This document shows, in pieces, positions 19,736 through 30,516 of a stretch of DNA of 64,000 bases (the first letter of the stretch is position 1; every line of letters starts with the position of its first letter). Where the stretch lies: positions 2,624,001 through 2,688,000 of the forward strand of contig OY970223.1 of the NCBI GenBank assembly GCA_963714015.1, in the 5' to 3' direction. The notes beneath the pieces are model-generated. The model saw only the letters and a program-made list of their open reading frames with translations. It did no database searches and was not told the DNA's origin. The DNA comes from Vulcanimicrobiota bacterium (GTDB taxonomy: Bacteria; Vulcanimicrobiota; Vulcanimicrobiia; Vulcanimicrobiales; Vulcanimicrobiaceae). The position numbers were made by a program, and so were the translations under genes.

Positions 19736-19743
19736 TCCTACAC

Positions 19744-21356
19744 CTAACGTGAGCTGAATTGCGTGCCGATGATGTTGATGTTTATCGTCGCCACGGAGGC
19801 AGACGATCCGAAACAGAGCCCGTCGCCGATTACGGTGCGGAAGATCTCGCTGTTTGCCATGTGCAGCACGACGTTGCCTCCCGCGGGAACCAGGATCGGC
19901 GCGCCGATCGCGACGGCAACGCCTGAGCCGCCGCAATTCGCGCCGGTCCCCTCATAGGCTTGAACGGAGACTGCCGTCGCGCTGGTGTTGGACAAAGTGA
20001 GCGCCGAAACGCGCACTGCGGCGCCGGTTTGCTCGGTAACGCCTTTGATGCAGCTCGTCGTACTATTCAGCACGACCGGGCACATCGAGCCCTGGGAAAC
20101 GGACGTTGTGCACATCGACAAGCCGTTGTAATCGTTGTCCGCGAAGAGCCCGGCAACGTCCGGAGCGCCCATGGTGCCCTTGGAGTCGGCGAGGCCGGTT
20201 ACCGTGGGCGTGTTCTTGATCGCGGTCCAAGCATAGCCGTTACCGTAGCCAGAAAGCGGCGAGATGGACCATGCAACCGTCGGCGTTCCGGAAAGCGCTC
20301 CCGCTGCGCGCACGCGAATCCAGCCGGCACCGGTTACGTTGAGTTGGTAGACGCCGTTGGCGCTGGCAAAGTAGTTCGGGGTGTTCGACACGGGACTCTG
20401 CAACCCGAGCTGAATCCCAAAACCTGAGACCCAGCCGCCATTCGAGCCGTTCGTCGAATCGACGCTGCGTTCGTAGTAAAGATTTCCGGACGTCAGGCCG
20501 CTAATGCGCAGATCGACTTGACCGCACGCACCAGGGCAGTAAAACGCGGCGTACGAGTCTGCAGTCGGCGCCGTCGTATTGACGTTTCCATTGCCGAACA
20601 TCGCCGGACCGGCGCTGTCGGTAACCAAGATTTGCGCGCTCGAGGGAGCGGGACTCGCTTGGGCTACGAACTGATTGCCGGACGTGTCGCAGCGCGTAGA
20701 GTACGCTGTTCCGCCGTTGGCCGTGACGGGCGACGTCACGGTGGGGCAGTAAGGCTGCGTGTTGACGCCGTTGCCGGGATTAGACGTCGCGGCAGGTACG
20801 GGCGGAGGCGGCGTTATGACGGCAACGGGACCGTTCGACCCGTTGATGTTCACATTGACGTCGCCGGCCGGGTCGAACGAGAACGGCAGTCCGCCGCTAT
20901 AGCGCGGTGAGCAAAGGATCGTAATCGATCCGGTACCCACGTTCGTCACGCTCAGATCGAAATAGCGCGCGCCGTTGAGTGCAAAGATGTACTGTCCGTT
21001 CGCGGTGAGCGAACTTCCCACGGTGGGCCCCTGGACATAGATGCCATTTGCCGCTTGCGGTTTCGCGTTCAGCGAATCGAATGCCAGATACGACGTAACT
21101 GCCGTCGTTCCGTCGAAACCCTCCAGATCGCAGCCGAGTGCGTGTACGCATGGATTCCGCCGTCGAACGTGTACGAGTACGTGTTCGGCGCGGGCGTCGC
21201 GGTGGCGGGAAACGTCGTCGGGGTGGGCGCCGGAATGACGTGCTGCACCTGCGAGTACGTGGTCTGTGCCTGCGTCGGAGCCAAGAAACAAAACAGCGCC
21301 ACGAGGGCGCCGAACGTTCCGATTCCATACTTGAGTAGAGAGCGTTTTAACGCCAT
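19744..21356 (-). CDS. Secreted Cys-rich multi-beta-sandwich protein, one frameshift near 21140
   Basis: Signal ...GALVALFCFLAPTQA; an internal domain resembles the protein at 43706. Confidence 0.65.
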
Positions 21357-21838
21357 GCGACGAGCACTCCTTTTGTCGGGGCTGGACCTGCCAGGTTGAT
21401 GCAAAGCCCGGCGGGGACGCTCAGGCCGTCGTATTCGGCTCGGTCGCCAAGATTCGTAAAATTGCCGATGCACTGACCGCCGGCCGAGGTGGCGCCGTTG
21501 TAGACGCCGATCGTGTAGGCCGCCGGAGCACCTTCGAGGTTGCGGAGGTAGCCGATCTCGACGGCGCCGGCGATATCGGTGTCACCGAGTGCGTCGACGA
21601 TCGTGAACTTGAAGGGCGTATCCGCCGTTGCAACGGGATATCCACCCTGCATACCTTGCGTCGCAACGGCGCCATTCACCGGGGCGACGCCCGGCGCGGT
21701 GACGTCCGCTTTGCTGATCGTGCCGCCTTCTTCGCACGCGATCTCCATCAACTGCGCGTGGCATTGCTGCCCAGCCCACGTTCCGACATCGGTCGCGACG
21801 TCTTGGCCGCCCGTGAGCTGGATGAAACTTTGTCCCAT
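21347..21838 (-). CDS. Hypothetical virion-associated protein
   Basis: GAGAGAGG RBS; follows baseplate J. Confidence 0.6.
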   Translation of the reverse strand: MGQSFIQLTGGQDVATDVGTWAGQQCHAQLMEIACEEGGTISKADVTAPGVAPVNGAVATQGMQGGYPVATADTPFKFTIVDALGDTDIAGAVEIGYLRNLEGAPAAYTIGVYNGATSAGGQCIGNFTNLGDRAEYDGLSVPAGLCINLAGPAPTKGVLVAWR

Positions 21839-21853
21839 GGTACCTCTCTCGGT

Positions 21854-23071
21854 TTAGGAGATGGTGACGTGCGTAAGATCGGTGCGCGCGAGTTGAAAAT
21901 TGGTCAGTGGAATATCCTGATACGCGTTGTTAATTTGCAAGTTCGCGTAGCCCAGCAGTCCCTGGCCGGGCTGCGTTCCAACGAAACTCTCCACGAGTTG
22001 GATCAGTCCGATGAATGGCAGCTTGCCGGTTGGGTTAAGGCCGCCAGAGCCATACGTGGAACCGCCTGGACCGTTTGCGTTGACCCACGCAATAATCGCT
22101 TGCTGCAGCGCGAGCTGCACTTGCCCAAGCTGAAAGCCGGGCTGCGCTACGGTTCCACTGACGGTGACGGCAACGATCTCGTTTTGCGGTGGCACCACGT
22201 CGAAACCAATGCCGCCCGTTCGAATGGCCGAGATACTGCTTTTAATAGCTGCTATCGTGACGTTAGGGATGCTTCCCGATCCATCGTCAACGCAGATCGT
22301 ATAGTACGCGTCCTTCTCGTTGCCGTTCTGGTCGGTTAGGTCGTTGTAAGTGAAGGCGAGGCCGACTTGCGTGCCCGAGACGGCCGCGCAGATCCCGCGT
22401 TCGGTTCCATCGCCGCCGAGCGCCGCCATCCAATCGGTGAAGCGCTGCCAAAGCGGCCCGTCTTCTTCCGTGGGATTGCCATTACTGATCGCGTTCTGGT
22501 TCGTAACATTGTCCGCCGGAACGTTGGGGCTCGAAATGACGGTGAGCGTTCCCGCCTCGAGGTTGCCGATTGTTCCGGCCGTAAGACACCGCGCCGTGAC
22601 CGCAACGGTGAGGCCGTTTGCCGGAAAAATATAACCGCCCAGCACGGTGCTCGATGCTGGATTGTCGGGATCGGCGATGGCTTGGAACTGCACCGGCATT
22701 GCCGGCGGCTGAACGACATTCTGAACGATCGTATCGAACGGGATGACGCCCTGATTCGGATTCGGTTGATTGTTCGCAAACGTGAGCGTCGTCGTAGCGA
22801 ACGACGCACTGAGGCGTGGCGTAAAGCCCGATTCGACGAAATCGCCGACGTAGGAGTCGAGATCGGCGCCGGCGCACAGCTTGCCGCGCGAGAGCTCGGC
22901 GACGTCGAGATTTTGCTGCTGGACGAAGTCAAACTGTGTGGCCAGCGAGTATGTGAGGGCAGCTTCCGGGGTGTTATCACTGAAGTCGTCGATCTGATCG
23001 GTCTTAACGATAATGCCGGACTCGATGTCCTCCTGGAACTGCTCCGGAGTCTTGGTTTGCGGCTGAGGCAA
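21854..23071 (-). CDS. Baseplate J/gp47-like protein
   Basis: GADLDSY, AGTIGN, VTNQNAISNG..EEDG.L..RF and VDDGSG motifs. Confidence 0.9.
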   Translation of the reverse strand: MPQPQTKTPEQFQEDIESGIIVKTDQIDDFSDNTPEAALTYSLATQFDFVQQQNLDVAELSRGKLCAGADLDSYVGDFVESGFTPRLSASFATTTLTFANNQPNPNQGVIPFDTIVQNVVQPPAMPVQFQAIADPDNPASSTVLGGYIFPANGLTVAVTARCLTAGTIGNLEAGTLTVISSPNVPADNVTNQNAISNGNPTEEDGPLWQRFTDWMAALGGDGTERGICAAVSGTQVGLAFTYNDLTDQNGNEKDAYYTICVDDGSGSIPNVTIAAIKSSISAIRTGGIGFDVVPPQNEIVAVTVSGTVAQPGFQLGQVQLALQQAIIAWVNANGPGGSTYGSGGLNPTGKLPFIGLIQLVESFVGTQPGQGLLGYANLQINNAYQDIPLTNFQLARTDLTHVTIS

Positions 23072-23082
23072 AGCGCAATCTC

Positions 23083-23514
23083 CTACGTTGACGGAACAGT
23101 GAACGAAATGGCCCGCGGGCGGTTGCTAACCGCATCGTTATAGTAAATCGTGATGACCAAGCCACCTTGAACGCCGTCGACGTTGATTCGCGGCGTTGGG
23201 ACTTTCGCGATCTCGTCGATCGTCTGGCATCCTTCTTGAATGAGCGCCTTAATGTCCGTGAGGTCTTTGCTCGAGTACGAGTCGCCGACTTTACGACAAA
23301 GCCCGATGCCGAACGACGCGTTAAAAATGTAGTCCGCCGGCAGCACGCTGCCGTCCGGATTAACGATGCGCTGATTCGTAAGCAGCCAACGAACGAGTTT
23401 TTGCGCGGCGAGCGTCGAGCCGGAGCAGCAGAGGAGCGAACCGGTTGGCCCGACTTGAAAGTCGCCCCCTTGTCCGTTGAAGAGGTTTGGCCAGTTCAAA
23501 GATAGGCTGCTCAT
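23083..23514 (-). CDS. Baseplate wedge/sheath initiator (gp25/gp46-like)
   Basis: QKLVRWLLTN...DYIFN.SFGIGL motif; position. Confidence 0.75.
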   Translation of the reverse strand: MSSLSLNWPNLFNGQGGDFQVGPTGSLLCCSGSTLAAQKLVRWLLTNQRIVNPDGSVLPADYIFNASFGIGLCRKVGDSYSSKDLTDIKALIQEGCQTIDEIAKVPTPRINVDGVQGGLVITIYYNDAVSNRPRAISFTVPST

Positions 23515-24183
23515 TGCACGGCCTTCACTTTCGAGGATCCGGTGCTAGCGATTGCCGTGAGCGACGTCGGTCCAACGGCGTTGGAGCCGGCGCTCAGACT
23601 TTCAGTGGCCCATGTCGTCAGGTCGGTTTTGAGTCTGCGCCTGTTGCTGCGTGTACCACTGATCGAGATAACGTTTCGTGATGACGGCGTCTTCCGTGTC
23701 GTCGATGCCTTGCACATCGCCGAGCCACACTTTCGTCGTACCGTACAGGTAGGCAACGCCCGCCGCGAACAAACGGAGCGACTGATCGGCCATCCACTTG
23801 ACGAACGAACCGCTTTTGTGGACGATGTACCGTTCGCCGGGCTGCGCACCGAGCGACTTGTGGTCCTGGTCGAACGCCGCATCGAACGCGACGTAATCGT
23901 TTCCTTCGCGATCGACGCACAGGACGGCCACATGCATCCCCGGCTCGAGCCCAACTTCGTCGCCGTATTCGTCGCCGGCCCACGGCCGATAGTAAAGCAT
24001 CGGCCCAAGGTCTTGCGGCGTGTTTCCGCTGTAATCGGTCACCGTGATGAGGCCGGTATTGGGGTCGACGGTCTTGACCGCGCAGCTCTTGAACGGGAGC
24101 GGCGTGACGATGGCGCGTTTCGCGCGGGCCGTCAGCCGTTCGCCGAATTCGCGTATCTCCCGACGTCCATATGAATTCGACAT
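23511..24183 (-). CDS. Baseplate spike (gpV-like), frameshift near 23610
   Basis: OB-fold-like N-terminus, PGERYIVHKSGSFVK, and C-terminal STGSSKVKA in the adjacent frame. Confidence 0.7.
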
Positions 24184-24184
24184 A

Positions 24185-25306
24185 CTAATCGAGCTCCGCG
24201 CCTTCGTTCACTGGATTGAGGTTACCGACGACGAGATCCGCCAGCAGCGAGGGTTCCTTATTGCTCATATCGCACGTGAGCCGCGCGGAACGGACCGCAT
24301 ACGTCAGTTGATGCGACTGATCAACGTCGCCCCGGAGTGCAATCGAGAAGTTGGCGCCGTATTGCGAAATGAGTTGAAGCAGTTGCGTATCCGGTACGAT
24401 CTGCAAGCGGCCGGTGAATTCGCGGCGCGCGAGGTCGTAGTAGATTGCCTGGGCCTTCTGCTTGCACTGCGGACGGTTGAGACCCGGAATGAAGAACCGG
24501 AGCGTCTCGCCTTCCTGTGCGCTGGCATTCCCGTACGTCGCGATGATCTTGTAACTCGAGGACACGTGCCGCTGAATCGAGACAACCTGGATCTGCAGAT
24601 TGTGCGAACGGCGCGCGCCGTGGTCGATGTCGAGTGTCTTGCAGATACCGCCGCGCTGGGCCCACGTAATCGTTTTCGTCGGGGCGTTCGCGGCCGGCGG
24701 CCCGTAGTACCCAACGCCGTTGTGGACGGTCAGGATGAATCCGTCGTCGAGCGCCGCAGCGGACATCTCGTCCCACTCCGTACGATCGCGCGTCGAGGTG
24801 ATCTGCAGCGCGTCAGTGCTCGATTTACCGGAATTGACGGGCGAGGGGGCGCCGATGATGAGCGGGATGCCGTGCTGGGCGAAGTATTTTTGCGCGAGTT
24901 GAACGCCGGTGATGTTCCGGGGGAGCGCATCGCTGGTCCGGATGTCCTGAAAGATCGACGCTGAAGAACGCGCCGAAATTTCAATGCTTTGGTTCGTGTA
25001 GCTGTACTTGGCTTCGTCGACGTACCCTTGCTCGATGCCGATAATCGGCACGGGAGGGTCCGGAGTCGGCCCCGCCTCGTAGCCGGCCCGAACGGTGATC
25101 GGCAGCGGATTGACCTGCTGCATCATGGCGCTGATATCCGGCGCCTGGTAGACGACCGCGCGGCCCTTCTTCATCCGGCGCGGAAGGGTCACGTCGATCG
25201 TGGAATTCATGGAGAACGCGTTCACGTCGACCGTGAAGTCCAGGAACGGAAGGGATTGGGCGTTGATCAGAACGGCGCCGCTGCATCGAAACGAGCGTCC
25301 GGCCAT
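24185..25306 (-). CDS. Baseplate hub / late control D-like protein
   Basis: GYVDEAKYS...ISARS pattern; 373 aa; position after the LysM-type tail gene. Confidence 0.75.
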   Translation of the reverse strand: MAGRSFRCSGAVLINAQSLPFLDFTVDVNAFSMNSTIDVTLPRRMKKGRAVVYQAPDISAMMQQVNPLPITVRAGYEAGPTPDPPVPIIGIEQGYVDEAKYSYTNQSIEISARSSASIFQDIRTSDALPRNITGVQLAQKYFAQHGIPLIIGAPSPVNSGKSSTDALQITSTRDRTEWDEMSAAALDDGFILTVHNGVGYYGPPAANAPTKTITWAQRGGICKTLDIDHGARRSHNLQIQVVSIQRHVSSSYKIIATYGNASAQEGETLRFFIPGLNRPQCKQKAQAIYYDLARREFTGRLQIVPDTQLLQLISQYGANFSIALRGDVDQSHQLTYAVRSARLTCDMSNKEPSLLADLVVGNLNPVNEGAELD

Positions 25307-25528
25307 GCCCTCTCCTTACGGAATGATTTTAACGAAGAAGCCTCGGCAACCGGCTTGGAAAAAGAGCAAACCGGCGTCGATATCGTTCCAATCAATGGAA
25401 AGCGGCTGCAAGTAGCGCCGGTACCAAACGCCAATGTAGATTTGTTTAAACGGCAAAGAGAGCTGGGCTTCGAACGGCCCCAGCTTTATGTGGACGTGGA
25501 TATTAAGCTTCACGGCCATGCCCTCTCC
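25300..25528. repeat. 16-bp direct repeat CGGCCATGCCCTCTCC (25300-25315 and 25513-25528)
   Basis: Exact duplication of the RBS plus start codon. Confidence 0.9.
25316..25519 (-). CDS. AT-rich 67-aa moron
   Basis: GGAGAGGG RBS; low GC; flanked by a 16-bp direct repeat. Confidence 0.6.
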   Translation of the reverse strand: MAVKLNIHVHIKLGPFEAQLSLPFKQIYIGVWYRRYLQPLSIDWNDIDAGLLFFQAGCRGFFVKIIP

Positions 25529-25561
25529 CTGAAAAAGTCGCCTATATTATTGGTTAAGGGC

Positions 25562-26449
25562 CTACACGCGCGGGATCACGAGGTTCATCGATCCATTGAT
25601 GAACGGGTCTGTCAAGTCGTTCGCCGCCATGATCGCCGGGTAATTTGTCCAATCGCCCGTATAGTTTGCCGAAACCGCATAGACCGTCGTGTTCGAGACT
25701 CGTACCGTCGGCGTGTTGGCCGCCGCCCCGGTGTACGTCCCAAGCGTTCGATACGCGCTTCCTAGGGTGCCGTTCAGGCTTTCCAGCATCTGCACGATGT
25801 TCGATGTGCCCGACGTCTGCCGCAACGTGTTCAGTGAGTTCTGAACGGACGAGAGCGCGTTAAAAAGCGACTGCCCGAAGGATATCTGCTGCTGCACCGT
25901 AGCCAGCGAAATGGTCCCGATGCTCGAGCGCTGCGCCGAGACGATGTTGATGTTCGAGAGCACCGACGGGTCCAAGTTGGCCGGCGCCACAGCCGGAACT
26001 TGAGCGGCCAGCGCTTCAATTTGGTCGAGATTGCCTTCGAGCGCACCGCTGGCATCCTGCGCCGGCGAGGTCGCGCTTGCGCGGCGCTCGAGGAGCGGTT
26101 CCAGCGTGATGGTGAAGTTGATTTCACCGATCGAGACGTACTCGGGCTCAATGTGATCGATGATAACGTCGAACACCCGCGGTCCGCAGATGAACGGTAC
26201 GACCGCTTGCGCATCCTGCAGCGCTTCCAGGTTCCGGATGTCGTCGTCGGCGGTGGCGCCCAGGCACGTGCCTTCGAAGGTGATGGTGTCGGCGAACACG
26301 CCGAACGTCTGCGCTATCCGCTCGGCCGCGGAGTCGTCCGTTTGCGGAATGTCGTGATACGAGGCCAGGGTTCGGCGGGGGAATTTGACTTTTTCTCCGA
26401 CTTCCCAGCCGGTCAGGGTAACCGGACCGACCGAGAACGTCTGAGCCAT
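25562..26449 (-). CDS. Tail tube initiator with C-terminal LysM-like domain
   Basis: C-terminal TVYAVSANYTGDWTNYPAIMAANDLTDP...LVIP. Confidence 0.75.
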   Translation of the reverse strand: MAQTFSVGPVTLTGWEVGEKVKFPRRTLASYHDIPQTDDSAAERIAQTFGVFADTITFEGTCLGATADDDIRNLEALQDAQAVVPFICGPRVFDVIIDHIEPEYVSIGEINFTITLEPLLERRASATSPAQDASGALEGNLDQIEALAAQVPAVAPANLDPSVLSNINIVSAQRSSIGTISLATVQQQISFGQSLFNALSSVQNSLNTLRQTSGTSNIVQMLESLNGTLGSAYRTLGTYTGAAANTPTVRVSNTTVYAVSANYTGDWTNYPAIMAANDLTDPFINGSMNLVIPRV

Positions 26450-26452
26450 GGC

Positions 26453-28721
26453 CTAACTCATTCCCCCTACCAATTCGTATGAGCTGAATCCGGCGCCCAT
26501 GATGTTCGAGCCCGAACCGTCAAGGCGAAGCACCTTTGCGAACTTGTCGGCGATCTCAGCGGCAATTCTCCTTGCCGAACGCGTCGACGTATCGCCACTG
26601 ATGACGATGTCGCCGAAACTGAAGACGACCGATTGACCGTCGTTGCCCCGGCCGCGGCCGCGGGTTAGGGCATCGAGCCGTTTGGTCAGCGGCGCGTTTA
26701 CGACGAGTTCGCGTTTGTGCAGATACGCGAGGCCGTCGCTGCGCGTGTAGCCCCCCGATGCGAGGTGCGCAACCTTATGCGCTGGTGGATGCGCCCCGAC
26801 GGCATTCCAGCCGGCCTGAACGCCCCGCACGCCGTTCATGATCGATCCGCCGATCGACGAAAAGAACGAGCTTGCTCCATGCATCCAGACGCCTGGACCA
26901 CCCAAAATGAACTTCACCAGACTTCCAAAAAAGTTGGTGATGCCATTCCATGCGTACACCAGCCCATTGACGAGCAGATGCGCGCCTTCGCCGACCAGCT
27001 TGCCGATGCTGAACGAATGCGATCCGAGGAATTGTAGAATCTGAACAACGCCCAGAATCTCGCCGACAACGGGAATTGCCCGAAGCCCGAGTTTTGCGAG
27101 CGTTTCGCCCATGAGCAACAGTCCCGTTTTTGACACGAGCGCCTTCGCGCCCAGTTGGTCGAAGACGTATCCCAAGTCGCCAAGTGCGCCGCGTAGCGCG
27201 CCGGATTTTCCAGCACCAAGGCCGACGCCGAGCATCCCGCGCGTTTCGTTCATGCCGACGACGCCGCGGAGCCCGTTGCCCATGCCGAACGCTTTGAGAA
27301 CGCTGGAATGCGCTGCGACACCCTCCGCGCCGATACCCAGAACGCCGGCTGCAAGACGCAGCGGGCCGCGACGCAGCATCCATGGCGCGGCGTGCGCAAT
27401 ATACTCACCGCCGAGCTTCAGCGCAGCCCACGTACCGAGTCCCATAGCACCGGCAAGTCCGTATCCGGTCATGCGCGCCGCTTCAGGATGGCTATGCATC
27501 CACAGCGCGAGTTTTCCGGTTGCACCTGCAAGCCCGTGAACGAATTTTGTCATTCCGGGAAGCAGACTGCATCCCTATTTCCGTCGCGAGCGAATGAAAG
27601 TTCGACGTAAGCAGTTTCGTCTGATTGTTGAGCGTGCCCATCAGCTGCGCTTGAGCGGGGCCAAGGCTCGGCATATTCTTCTGCTGCGCTCGCAGTCGAT
27701 TAAGCTGCTCGATGCCGCCGGGCGTCGCAAGTGTTTGCAGTACATTCGCGGCGTTCGTATCGAACCCACGCGCCAGGTGACGGTTGAACGCAGCGCCACG
27801 GCCTGCAGTTTTCCAGGCCGCACCTTGTTGCTGAACGTACGAAATTAGGCCCATCAGATCGACCGCGCCGGTGCGCGAATTGACGAACCGACTGCTGCCG
27901 CTCGAATCATAAATGCCGAGCGCTTCCAGATTGCTCATCTTCACGTTGCCGGTTGGCGCCTGCAAGTTCTTGATGAGCATGTTGACGCCGGAACCACCGC
28001 GGCCTTGACCCAGGCCCATGCGGTCCAGCCACGCGCCGAGATCGAGAATCGTATCACGCGAGAGACCAGCGCTCATGCCCTTCGAGGCAAAGTACCGAAC
28101 CTGCGTAAAGATGCGCGCTATGCTGTCGGGCGAGCTCGCTCCCATCTTGTAGAGATGGTTGAGCACCGAGGTCATGGTCGCGGGATCGAAGACCTGGAGA
28201 TCATGCGAGAGTTTTGCGGCGAGGCGAACACTATCTTCGAACGGGACGTGGTCCTTCCCCAGATACTGCACGTCCGCATACTTTGCGATCGGCATGGCAA
28301 GCTTCGGCAGATCTTGCGGTTTGATACCGGAAGCGGCCATGATCCCGAGCAAGCCCATCGACTGGTCGACGCTCTGCGCCGTGCTCATCGACATCTTGAG
28401 CGCAAGCGTGTGAAACGATGACATATTGCGCATCGTGTCGCCGAACGTCTTGCCGAGTCTGCCGGTGCTGATTGCGGTGTTCACCATCGCATCTTGCAGT
28501 GCCGCGGCGCCTTTGACGCCGGTCGTGAACGTCTCGCCGGCTGCCAGGCCAACGGCAACGAGCGCACCGAGGCCAACGGTACGCAGATCCGCGAGCGTCT
28601 GATTAAGCTTCGAGACTTTTTGCGTTGTCTGGCCGACTTGGTTCCCTAAACGCGAAAAGGCCAGGGAGTTCCCCGAATTGGTGACCAGCCGAATACTGAT
28701 CGTCCAAGCCGCAACGGCCAT
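26453..28721 (-). CDS. Tape measure protein, frameshift near 27560
   Basis: Long Gly/Ala helical ORF with GLGQGRGGSGV core and C-terminal LASGG...YLHKRELVV motif. Confidence 0.85.
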
Positions 28722-28737
28722 TCGAGTCTCCCTGGCG

Positions 28738-29223
28738 CTAGAGGTTAAAGAGTATCGTTATGAACCGGTCGGCATAGAGCAAAAATGCCTCGTCGTTATG
28801 GTCGCGTGCGGTTGCTGCCATCGGCTCGCGCTTCGGCATACGCAGCGTTCCAAGTTCGAACCAGACCGCCTTTGGGTCGTCCGAACCGACACCCGATTCA
28901 CGCGTCGCGACGTTTCCATACGTAATCGATCGCTTGTATTTGCCGGTCCATTGCAGCGTCGAGTCTATCCCCGTGCCAGCCATCGGGATTTGAGCGTAGT
29001 AGCCTTTACGTTCGCTACGTGCTATCAGCGTTGCCGCGGCGAGCGTCGGCGGCAAAAGGGTAGGGTTACCGATCCGTTCCTGCAACTTCTTCGCGAAGAA
29101 ACCTGACGTCTCAAGACGAGCCTGCGTATCCGCCCGCAACTCGTTCAGCCGTACGTACCGCACAAATGCATGAAACGTCGCAAGATCGGGAAAGTAGCGG
29201 CTCTTGATTCCTGCCAGTCGCAT
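28738..29223 (-). CDS. HK97 gp10-like neck/tail completion protein
   Basis: LQWTGKY..SI and GSDDPKAVWFELGT.RMP.R motifs. Confidence 0.75.
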   Translation of the reverse strand: MRLAGIKSRYFPDLATFHAFVRYVRLNELRADTQARLETSGFFAKKLQERIGNPTLLPPTLAAATLIARSERKGYYAQIPMAGTGIDSTLQWTGKYKRSITYGNVATRESGVGSDDPKAVWFELGTLRMPKREPMAATARDHNDEAFLLYADRFITILFNL

Positions 29224-29224
29224 G

Positions 29225-29905
29225 TCACTTCTTCTTTACCGGCTTTTCAACGAAATCGCGCTTCGCCCAATCGAACCGGTACGTCCCTTCGTACTCAACG
29301 CACTGGATCACTAAGCCCATGCGCGTCTCGTCCGGAAGACTCCAGGCGAAGTCCCACGGCACGCCGTGGGCGCTGAGCATTAGGACTTGGCGGACCTTTG
29401 ACGACTCCGCGATTTTTTTGTGTGTGACAACCCCGCGTTCTTGGCGATCCGGTCGAGATCGTCAGGACTCAGGCCGGCACCGTCAGCCTCCTCGAGCGCT
29501 TCGAAGAGGGCGGGGTTCATTGCGACTTCCCACGCCAGACAGTACGTCTCGAAGTTCTCGTCGTAGTACTCGTCCGCAGCGAACATCTTTTGCACGCCCT
29601 TGAACTGCGCATCGCTGCGCGGTTGTTTGAACGTCTCGCCGTTGAATTCAATGATAGACGCGATCGCGCGATAGTACTTCTGCAAGCGCGGGTTCTCGCA
29701 TTGATTAGGGCCGAGGATGCGCGCGATTCTTTCGGCAGTTCCTCCCGGAGCGCGCCGAAAGCGCAACGAACAGAATCCATCGGGTGAATTCCACGTGAAG
29801 GTTTCCAGGCCGAGCGCTTCAGCCGACGGATCCTCGTCGGGCTCGACTTGAGGGTTACCCGATCCGCCCTTACGTAGCGCGTCGAGATCATTAAGCGTTG
29901 CCCAC
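29225..29905 (-). CDS. Tail assembly chaperone pair (short form ends 29380; -1 frameshift extension ends 29225)
   Basis: Lies between tube and tape measure; A7 slippery site at 29413-29419; the -1 frame reads ...HGVPWDFAWSL...FDW. Start is approximate. Confidence 0.7.
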
Positions 29906-29957
29906 CTGGGCGTTCTTACGAGTTTCGGACATAGTGAGGCGGCGGGTCCTTTCGAGA

Positions 29958-30443
29958 TTACAGAATGTTCGAGCTGTTCAGCGATGCCGGCGCGGTATTC
30001 GCGCCCATCTGCTTGGCTTTGTCGGAGAACTTCACTTTGAACGTGACGCCGTCGACGGCATCCGCGCCCTTGAAGGTGCCGAGGCTTTCCGGCACGATCG
30101 CGCCGCCCGAAAGGTTCCACATCGACACGCTGCCCTGATTGATGATCGTCTCGGTCGCGCTGATGACCGGTTCCGGGCCGTGCCCGTAATAGTTGTCGAC
30201 GAGGGCCGTGACGAGATCGTCGAAGTAGTCGTCCACGCGCGTGAGCGAGCAGTCGTACTCGTAGCCCGAGTACGTGGTGCGAAAGACGGGTTTCCCGTCG
30301 TTATTCGTCGGGATTTTTTCGAGCAGATGGGAATCGACTTTGCGCTCGGTGGACTCGAGCAGTCCGGGAATCTCCCACGTCTGTCCGTTGATGACGAACA
30401 GCATCGTCATCTCGGTGCCAATGTTGAAAACCTGCGACGACAC
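29958..30443 (-). CDS. Tail tube protein
   Basis: 161 aa directly after the sheath; AAGGAG RBS. Confidence 0.75.
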   Translation of the reverse strand: MSSQVFNIGTEMTMLFVINGQTWEIPGLLESTERKVDSHLLEKIPTNNDGKPVFRTTYSGYEYDCSLTRVDDYFDDLVTALVDNYYGHGPEPVISATETIINQGSVSMWNLSGGAIVPESLGTFKGADAVDGVTFKVKFSDKAKQMGANTAPASLNSSNIL

Positions 30444-30516
30444 GCTGGCATCTCCTTATCGGGCGCAAAAGCAAGGAGCGCCCTGCGAAGAGCGCTCCGA
30501 ATGGTCGAGTTACGGG

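Noticed and set aside
10683..21356. Diversity-generating retroelement or invertible fibre cassette
   Set aside because: No reverse transcriptase, invertase or template/variable repeat pair was seen in the window.
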